34,328 bases of DNA, taken from positions 1 to 34,328 of the IMG/VR virus record IMGVR_UViG_3300046049_000141, one strand, 5' to 3'. A program made the position numbers and the translations under genes. Below are positions 1-8,700 of this stretch, in pieces. Below the pieces are notes generated by a model. That model did not search any database. It was given only the letters and a program-made list of their open reading frames with translations, and was not told where the DNA came from. The stretch comes from a virus. Lineage: Duplodnaviria > Caudoviricetes. Within the stretch, counting starts at the first letter, position 1. Every line of letters starts with the position of its first letter.

Positions 1-366
1 ATGTTTAGTCAACGTAATTGCGTTGGCTCGATTGTTGACGCAGTTTTTTGCGAATCTATTCATTTATATCAATTGGACGATAAAGGATACTGGAAAATGG
101 TGAAAAATGAACGTCGCCAGCTTTTTGATGGTGAATGTGCTTACTGTTCAAAACAGTTAAATAAACCCACTCTAGATCATTTTATTCCCTGGTCAAAAGG
201 AGGCAGGCATCATCCCCACAATTTAATTCCTTCTTGTCGAGAATGTAATCGCAAGAAAGGCGACCAAAGTCCTGAGTATTGGTATAAAAAGCAAAAATTC
301 TATAGTAGTAATAGATGGAGTGATATATTGCTCTGTGTAGGAGAATTAGAAGTAGAAAGTTTATAA
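1..366 (+). CDS. HNH endonuclease (start at window edge, may extend upstream)
   Basis: CAYC...TLDHFIPWSKGG...NLIPSCRECNRKKG: McrA-type HNH motif with two CxxC pairs. Confidence 0.9.
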   Translation: MFSQRNCVGSIVDAVFCESIHLYQLDDKGYWKMVKNERRQLFDGECAYCSKQLNKPTLDHFIPWSKGGRHHPHNLIPSCRECNRKKGDQSPEYWYKKQKFYSSNRWSDILLCVGELEVESL

Positions 367-383
367 ATAAATCGCCTCGAACC

Positions 384-412
384 TTGGCTTTTTGCAAAGT
401 GTGTAATATAGT
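384..412 (+). promoter_or_regulatory. sigma70-like promoter of omegaRNA cassette A and tnpB
   Basis: TTGGCT-N17-TATAGT. The predicted start (~419) coincides with the beginning of homology to the tnpB 3' end. A homologous promoter lies at 32397-32424 (-). Confidence 0.6.
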
Positions 413-418
413 TATTAA

Positions 419-565
419 TAAGTAAAAGTAAGCATACAGCTAGGTTCACTAGCCAAGGTGTTTAGGGTAGCTTTGACCCTGCCAGGATGATACGACTAAA
501 TGGCTTTAAACAAGTCATATCGTAGCATTTACGAATCTCCGCATTTTTAGCTGGGGAAAGGTCAA
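419..565 (+). ncRNA. Stand-alone TnpB omegaRNA (reRNA)-like scaffold, cassette A; putative guide from 566
   Basis: Diverged copy of 1752-1933 (AAAAGTAAGCA.ACAGCTAGGTT...CTAGCCAAGGTGT.TAGGGTAGCTTTGACCCTGCC...GTCATATCG...TAGCAT...GGGGA.AGGTCAA) ending in an IS605-type hairpin and TCAA. Confidence 0.7.
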
Positions 566-592
566 TTTGATTTGTCTTTTTGGAAAGAGGTC

Positions 593-1894
593 ATGTACGG
601 ATGCCAACAAGCTTTGATTAAAGCAGATTCAGAGACTCTAGCAGTCCTAGAATACCTTTGTTCTGAAGCTAATAAGTTAACCAATTGTGGGATTTATTAT
701 GCTCGACAAATGCTCTTGAAAGCGGGTCATTACGTTAGTAAAGCAGAGCTAGATAAAAAGCTAAAAACTAACATACACTTCAAAGCGATGAGGTCTTGTT
801 GTTCTCAACAAGTATTACACGGCGTGTATGAGTCCTTCAAGTCGTACAGAAAATTAAAGAAGAAATGGGATAAAGGGAAGTTGCCTAACAAACCCCAGCT
901 TCCTAAGTACCGTAAGAAAGGTGGCATGACCGTAGTGACTTATCCTGCTTCTCGTGTTAAGCAAATTAGCAACAGGAGAATTAGATTTTCTCTAGGTAAG
1001 CAGGTCAAAGCTTGGTTCGGTATTAGCTATTTTGAACTAAAAACCCCTAGTAATCTTGATTTCTCCAACGTAAGGGAGGTCAGAATATTACCACGCAATG
1101 GCTGTTTTTATGTTGAGTACGTGTATAAATGCTCGGACAGAAAGGCAAAGGTAGATACCAATAATGCTTTGGGAATAGACTCTGGACTGAATAATTGGTT
1201 GACGTGCGTTAGTACAACCGGTAAGTCTTTCATTATCGATGGGCGTAAAGTCAAGTCTCAGAACCAGTGGTACAATAAGTGTGTTGCTAAGTTAAAAAAA
1301 GGAAAGCCTCATGCTTATTGGGATTGGAAATTAGCTAACTTGACTGAGAAACGAAACCGTCAAATGCGGGATGCAGTCAACAAATCAGCAAGATTTGTTA
1401 TTAATTGGTGCCTAGCTAATAATGTTGGGACTATTGTGTTTGGGTGGAACAAGCGCAATAAGGATGGCGTCAGATTAGGAAAGAAGAACAACCAAGAGTT
1501 TGTGCAAATCCCTACAGCAAAGCTCAAGAATCGAATTGCACAACTGTGCGAGCAGTATGGACTACGGTTCATTGAGACAGAGGAATCTTATACTTCTAAA
1601 GCTAGTTTTCTAGACGATGACTTTCTACCTAACTACGGTGCAAAACCCGAACAGTGGAAGCCGTCAGGAAAGCGAACCAAGCGAGGAGAGTATAAGACGA
1701 ATAAGAAGGGGAGTATGAACGCCGACTGTAATGGAGCGTCAAACATCCTCAAAAAAGTAAGCACACAGCTAGGTTTAGACCTAGCCAAGGTGTCTAGGGT
1801 AGCTTTGACCCTGCCTCAGCGATATGAACTGGATAGTTTATCTAAGTCATATCGCAACAGATGCGAAAATGCGTGCCTTCAGAGCGCATCGTAG
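593..1894 (+). CDS. tnpB: IS200/IS605-family RNA-guided endonuclease TnpB
   Basis: RuvC-I LGIDSG, VFGWN in place of the canonical RuvC-II Glu, EESYTSK, RuvC-III NADCNGASNI. Likely start is ATG 593 (MYGCQQ) after GGAAAGAGG rather than TTG 572. Confidence 0.95.
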   Translation: MYGCQQALIKADSETLAVLEYLCSEANKLTNCGIYYARQMLLKAGHYVSKAELDKKLKTNIHFKAMRSCCSQQVLHGVYESFKSYRKLKKKWDKGKLPNKPQLPKYRKKGGMTVVTYPASRVKQISNRRIRFSLGKQVKAWFGISYFELKTPSNLDFSNVREVRILPRNGCFYVEYVYKCSDRKAKVDTNNALGIDSGLNNWLTCVSTTGKSFIIDGRKVKSQNQWYNKCVAKLKKGKPHAYWDWKLANLTEKRNRQMRDAVNKSARFVINWCLANNVGTIVFGWNKRNKDGVRLGKKNNQEFVQIPTAKLKNRIAQLCEQYGLRFIETEESYTSKASFLDDDFLPNYGAKPEQWKPSGKRTKRGEYKTNKKGSMNADCNGASNILKKVSTQLGLDLAKVSRVALTLPQRYELDSLSKSYRNRCENACLQSAS

Positions 1895-1933
1895 CATCTA
1901 TAATCCCCGTAATTTGAATTGGGGAGAGGTCAA
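1752..1933 (+). ncRNA. Gene-overlapping omegaRNA and IS605 right end (copy B)
   Basis: tnpB 3' end followed by the hairpin TCCCC-GTAATTTGAATT-GGGGA and GAGGTCAA; TCAA at 1930-1933 is the typical right cleavage motif. Confidence 0.75.
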
Positions 1934-2500
1934 AAGGTGCGCGGACTGGGAGCATTCAAAGTCAAGGATGTTGTAGATAAAGGGATACCTCGTCACTATC
2001 TAAAGCGCCTCGAAAATGAAGGACAGCTTTTCGCTCTGCCAGAGGGGTTTACACCCCTGTTAATGCCGAATTAACGGAGAATCATAGCCTTGTTGAGGCG
2101 ATCCAGCGAAAACCGGGTGGGGTAATTTGTCTACTTTCAGCACTTAGCTTCTACGAATTAACTACCCAAGCCCCTTTTGAGGTTTGGATGGCAATCGGAC
2201 AGAATACCCACGCTCCCAAGGACAACCTTCTTCCTCTGCGAGTTGTCTATATGTCTGATCGCTCTCTGGGGGCTGGGATTGATGAGCATCAGCTAGAGGG
2301 TGTAACGGTAAGTGTGTATTCTCTTGCTAAAACCATTGCGGATTGCTTTAAGTATCGCCATAAAGTTGGGCTAGACGTTGCCCTCGAAGCACTGTAAGAG
2401 TGCTGGAGAGAAAGGTGCTGTGGTCTTGATGAAATCTGGCGTTACGCTGGGATCTGTCGGGTAAGAAATGTTATACGTCCTTATTTAGAGTGCGCTTTAC
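1934..2500 (+). pseudogene. abiEi: AbiEi-family type IV TA antitoxin, disrupted
   Basis: Conceptual translation KVRGLGAFKVKDVVDKGIPRHYLKRLENEGQL/RSARGVY...GVICLLSALSFYELTTQAPFEVWMAI...KTIADCFKYRHKVGLDVALEAL*ECWR...CRVRNVIRPYLE. 5' end cut at the IS right end, frameshift near 2030, TAA at 2395-2397. Confidence 0.85.
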
Positions 2501-2618
2501 CCTTACAAGCTCAGCGCTATTTCAATGGCTAGAACCTTTATTTGGAGAGGATTTGACCCTTACAAGCTACCAATCTAATCCAGGTGGTTTGGAATTCATT
2601 AGTAGTTTACTTGATTTC

Positions 2619-2666
2619 TTGCTGTAAGCCCCATGCCATAATCTTTGATCTGACGTTGGCAGTTCA
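2619..2666 (+). mobile_element. Minimal IS200/IS605 end-hairpin remnant (PATE-like)
   Basis: TTGCTGTAAGCCCCATGCCATAATCTTTGATCTGACGTTGGCAGTTCA; homologous to 23764-23812, 32491-32540, 33657-33705 and 33902-33944. Confidence 0.55.
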
Positions 2667-2786
2667 GACTACCCCACAAAATCAAACCACAAAGCAACTA
2701 ATCACTTAAGAGAGCACTACTGCCTAAAAGCTACTCGGCAAGGCTTCAACTTCAATTTTACTCCCTCTCAGCTAGTGCATAGCGTC

Positions 2787-5700
2787 TCATCTATAACGCT
2801 CATAAGATCTCCTAGCTCGCGCTTCTGACTCAGTTTGTAACTGACGGGCGCTTTTTCTCAGGGAGTTGGGATCTTTCGCCTTAATGTCAAATCGTTGATT
2901 GACTGTTACTGAGCCCTTACCTCGGTTGATGGTGTCCGAACCGTTTCTGTCTAAGTTGGAGCTGTTACTACGTTTGCCGACTGTTCCACCAAGCTCGTAG
3001 TTATTAACTCCTCTATCTTTCAGCTCACCCCACTTACCAGAACGTTGTAAGGCTCTAAATAACTCTGCATCGTTGTTTTTGTCGCTCAGAACCTCTTCAC
3101 CTCTGTGAGCAACTATGGGGACTGCTCCAGTGCCTTCTTTCTTCATCGCCTTGGCTACGGAACTGCCTAGCCCCCAAATGCTTCCGCCCTTATCGTAGTT
3201 GGGAATATCATCTTCTTCGACAGTAGCTCCATCTTTAGCAGTAAGTACACCGGTTAAGGCATCTCCGATGAAACCACCGCCTCCACCGAAAGTAGACAGA
3301 ACATTAGAGAAGATACTCCCTTGATTGGGGTTGCCTTGTTGCTGAGGTGAAAACATACTGAACAGACCGCTAGCCGCGCTCTGAGCTAGGAATTTAGCTG
3401 ACAAGTCAGCAAACATCTTGAGAATAGACCGGGCAAAGTTATTCAGCGTTTCACTTAAGCTGGCTTCAGCTTTGAAGAAAGCCCTGAGACTACTGTCAAT
3501 AGCGCTTTTAACACCGTCTCGAATTTCGGTACCGAGTAGATTAGCTTGTTCTCTGATTTTGTTGAGTTTAATCTCATTGATTTTATGCAATTGCTCGCGG
3601 ATTTCTCGAACGCTTTGACCAGTCTTTTTGGCCATTTCATCCGCTTTCGACAACGCTTCCCTAAAACGCATCTGTTCTTGGATTTTGGCTCCTTCAGCTT
3701 CTAATGCAGCTGACTTATAGGGGTTAGTGGACGCATTAGCCTGTGCGGAGAGTAAATCAGCTTGAACGTTTTGGCTGTAATCCCTGTATTTATTTCTGCG
3801 CTCCTCTTTGCTTTCTTTTTTCTTCTGCCGAATTTGAGCTTTGGTGTTTTCATACGTAGCTTTTGCTAGCTCTCGTAATCTCTCTTTCGTTTTCTTGGAA
3901 ACATTACCCATCCCCTCAATTTCATTCATCCTTTGCTTGTAATCAGTTTCAGCTTTCAACAATGAAGCCTCACGACGCAAAGCGCTACCTTGAGGAGTAT
4001 CCCCTTCTAACTCAGCTAACTCAGCTTTTTTTTCTAGGAGTCCAATTTTAGGTCGGTTTAAAGCCTGAATTTTGTTAGCCTCAATTTCCCTTAGGGCATC
4101 TTTAAAGTTTTTACTGATTTCCGTTAGCTTATTCTCGTGAACTTGTAAAGCCTGCTGTAAAAGGTTTTGGGTGTATTGACTATCTTCTGAATGTCCTTGT
4201 TCTTTAGCTTGCTTGATAATCTCTTGTTGACGTTTTCTGAAGCGCTTCTCCTCTTCTAGAACATTAGCTTTGTAGTTGAGTTCAGCTTCTTTTTTGGGTG
4301 ATTCTGTAACATTAGTTCTAGCTTGCAGACCTTTTATTGTCTGCTCGTCTTCAAGATTTTGACGGTTGCGAACTATGGCATTATGCGTTTTTTCAGTAGC
4401 ACGCTTTTCAACAGCGGGAATTATATCTTGTAATTTGGATATTTGATTATTTATACCAGGAAGTTTCGCTTCTAACTGATTTATATGGCTCTCTGTGTTG
4501 TTAATTTGTTCCTGCAGGTTAGCTTTGGCTTCACCGTCTTCCATATTAGAAACTTGATTTCTTAGATCCTTAATACCCTCCTTTCCATCTGAGATTTGCT
4601 CTTTAATTTGTTCTCTTTGATCCTGAAGAGCCTCTATTTGATCGCGCATAGGTTTAGTGGCTTCTCGACGAGCTTTATTGATTTGTTGCTCCATGTTGAG
4701 GTAGCCTTCTTGGTTATTGATTAGACTCTTAGTTTCCTGACCTAACTTATTAACACGGTCTATCGACTTCTCAACAGCTTCTTGTTGTTTCTGGTTCAGC
4801 TTAGCTATATCGTCTTTTATTTTCTGATTTTCCCTCTGGCGATCTTTCTCGTTCTTAGTTTTCTCAGCAGAATTCTTAGCTTTTTGTTGTTCGGTTAATT
4901 GCTCTGATTTGTTTTCAGCTTTGCTAAAGTCTACACCGGGATAACTGGGCATTTCAGGTAGGGAAGGTGCTGAAGTACTGAAACCGCCCATGTCTCGAGT
5001 AGCTTCTATAGTTTCTGGCTTAGTTAGAGATGTACTTGTAGTTTCATTTTTGCTTTGTGTCTCTTGGTTGAAATTCTCAGAACCTGAACCTGCACTTCCA
5101 CCACGGAGGTAATCGTTTGCCCTCTGTACAGCTTTTTGTTGTTTATTAAGAGGCCTTTCGACCATAGTAGTAAATCGCTTCGATGCGGATCGTGCTGTAC
5201 CTGAGTATTGGTTATGTATAGTTCTTAAATTACTTCTTTCTTTATCAATCAGGAATTCAGTAGCATCAGCAGGATTATCCCTCATTCTTTCTTTCTGCGC
5301 TCTAGTGGCATTCTTGGCAATACCGCCTACATCATTGGCTTGCCAAGCTCCGAAAGCATGTCCATTATCACCGACATTGTTAGTTGCCATTGCGCTTTCA
5401 GCGTAGGCGTTAGAAAGCGCTCCTGCTAAGAAGTCAGGATCAGTAAAGCCATGTTCTTTAAAGACTTCTATTATTTTCAAAGCATTTTGCTTCTGCTGTT
5501 CATTGAGGCTCACCTGTAGCATTCCAAGAATCTCTTTGTTGCTAGAACTTAAGTTTTCTGTATTAAAGCTTATGTCATTTGAACTACCAGAGGTTGATCC
5601 CGTTGATAATTCCCCAGTGACAGTGTTTAACCTTGATGCTAGGTTATAAACCACATCCACAAGTTCGTTACCCTCTTCAGCAAGCTTATATCCCAGCTCA

Positions 5701-8700
5701 TCCATGGTGTAGCCAGCGTCGTGTACTTGCTTAGACAAGTCCTTAGCGTTCTTGAGAATGTCTTCCCATTGCCTGTTTTGTCGCCTTATGAAGTCAGAGC
5801 GTTGTTGTTTCAGATCGTCTAGCTGTTTCAGATGTTGACGCTCCATGCTTTCACGTTGCTCTTGCAAATCTCTGATCTTGCGTGAGCGCTCCACTGTCTG
5901 TTGTTCAATACTGAGACGATCCAGTTCTATCTTTTCTTTCTTGTCTTCGTATTTAGCTAGCCTACCTTGAATATCTACGAATAGGTCTGCAAGTTGCTTC
6001 GCAAAGCTATCTTTACCTGCTGTGAGGCTTCCATAGAGGTCTATAGCGGTCTCAGTACGCTCAATCTCTCGCTGGGTTTGTTCAAGCTCTGTACTGGTTT
6101 TCTTAATTTTCTTTGAGAGCGATTGCATTAGGTCGTTATAGCTCTCTTGAAACCCTCTAATCTCTTTAGAAGTCTTGCGTTTAAAGTCTTCTATTTTGTT
6201 CGCAAAGTCTTCCCTAAATTGCTCTCCCTCTCGTTGTAAATCCGTAAAGGAGCGAGCTAGATCACGAGCCTTCAGACTAAGTTTCTCAGTCTTTTTCTGT
6301 CTTTGTTCAATTTTATCTTTAGTCTTTTGTTGATTCTGGATAATTTGACTTTCTAGATCACGAGACTTATTTCTTAATTTTAGGTGCTCTTTAGCTGTTT
6401 CCAGGATACTACGAAGACGAGGAGGTAATTTCTGTTGATTTTCTTCGTACTTTTTAAGTATTTGGTCAATTTCTCCTGGAGATAGATCACGTACTAACTC
6501 TAATATATTCGACCCGCGACCAGATAATTCTTCTAGGCTACTAAGATTATTAAATTCGCGTTCGGTTGTTTCTTGTAAGCTAGAACGTGTATTACTAAAC
6601 TGAGTATCTACTTCATCTTGTCTAGTACGTAATTCCTCCCTTTGGCTTCGCAATTTACCCATTGAATACTCATGATCAGTTATTTCTCCAGACAGTTTTT
6701 GTCTGGCTAACTCGTTTTGAGTCTCTTTTAATTGAGAGGAAGCCTTAAATTTGACAGTAGTTAACGAAGTTGCTATATTATCAAGGAGAGATTGTTGTTC
6801 CTTATAAGCTTGATTTGTCTCCTTAACAACGTTTTTATAGTTTGTAATGCGCTTCTCAAGCCCAGCGATTAGTTGGTCATATTCTAACAATCTTGCCTCT
6901 TTTTCACCGGGTTTATCGAAAGAATCATCACTTTTAATTTCTTTTCTTTCTTCTTTCAGTCTCTCTAAAGTGGACTGTAGCTGTCCCAAGCCACCAAAAG
7001 TTTCTTTTATATAATCAGAGCGCTCTGTTTTTAGCTTAGATATTTCCTTACGTAGTTCAGGTATTTCGCTATCATCAGCACTTAAGATCTTCACCTTCAT
7101 ATCGTTGATTTCTTTTGTGAGTCTCACATATTCCTTGCGAGCTTTTTCAAGAGCTTCAGGATCAGTGAAAGGATCGGATGTTTTTTCTAGAAGGGTTCTT
7201 GCTCCTTCTGTAGTGCGCTCTATTGCGTTGCGATTGCGCATTTTACCTAATGGTTCAGTAATAGAAGATAAAGGATTAGGAACGTCACTACGTTCTCCAG
7301 TCATCCATTCTCTTAGTTTAATAGCGTAACCCGGTAAAGTCCAATCTTTCGAAAAGTTACCCGTTTTTCTAAGTATTCCCGGTTCTTGTTTGTTATTGTT
7401 ATTCTGTTCTTCTTGTTGCTTAGCTTGCTCCTTACGAAGTTCTCTAAGCGCTTCCACGTTTCGTTCAATGAGTTTAGCAGTATTACGATACGACTCATTA
7501 CCCGATTCCATAATCTCGAATAATCCCTGGAACGCAGCGCCAATTGCAACAACAGGAGCAATAGTTTTGGTGAGGCTCATTAGTCCTAAACCTAGTTTTC
7601 TGGTTGCCGCTAGCAAACCATGTTGACGTTTCGTGTTAATTAAGGTTTGGACTCCAAGGGATTTTAAGGCAACACGGTAAGCTTTGACTGTCGCTAGACT
7701 ACGGTGAAGTGCAGGTAAGAACTTCTTGCCGATAACCGTTGCTACAGCAAGCATAGCTAGTTGCAGAGTTTTACCGTTATCTGCTACAGCACCTAATGCC
7801 TTATTGAACTGTTTCAGTATGGGCATACCCACACCCATAAAGGTTTCGCCCATGGCAATCTTGAGCTTTTCTAGGTTGTTTCGTAAGCGGTTTATATCAG
7901 CTTGGCCTGACTCTATTGTCTTGGATAAAATTGCAGTTGACTCTAAGCTAGCTTGAGAAAGAAACTTGTCAACAAACTCTTGAGATTTGATTTGACGACT
8001 CTCTAGCTTTTTAGCCAGACCACCTTCTGACAAACCAAACGCTCTAGCCGCTATAGAGTAAGCTCCAGGAACAGCTTCCGACAGTTGCCTTCTTAGTTCT
8101 TCGGACTGAACAGCACCCTTTGAGAAGATTTGCTCTAAGGCAGCAACAGCACGTTGTTGTTGTTGTTGAGTAGCTTGTCTCGCTGCAAACACTTCCTGTA
8201 GTTGTTGAACATATTCATCGACATTCCCTCCAGCAGTTGTACCTGCTGTTACGATGGATAACTTTTTGAAAGCGTTTTTAGCCTCAAGGAAGGATGTTCC
8301 TAGCTTATCTGAGGTTTCCCTGAGGTTTTCAAGTTTTTGTTGGGGTTCATCGATGTTACCAAAACTAAGAGCAAGCTTAAAACGTTCTATTTCCAGTGCT
8401 GCTTGTACTGATTGTTGACCAATTCTGGCTAAGACATCCCCAAGTGATGCTGCTCCAATCAAACCAAGAGCACTAGTGGCTACGTCATCAAGAACCCCTG
8501 GAAGCTGACTCATTACATTGTCAAAAATATTGCCTTGTTCAGCTCCATTCTCAAAAAGGTCTATTTGTCTACTTAAGGCCTCATTAGTCTCATCGAAATT
8601 CCTCTTGGAATTTTCATCCACTTTATCCATGGATTTGTCAGCTTCAGAAGCAGATTTCTCCACTTTTTGGAGAAGTTCATTGAGTTCCTTAATTTCTTCA

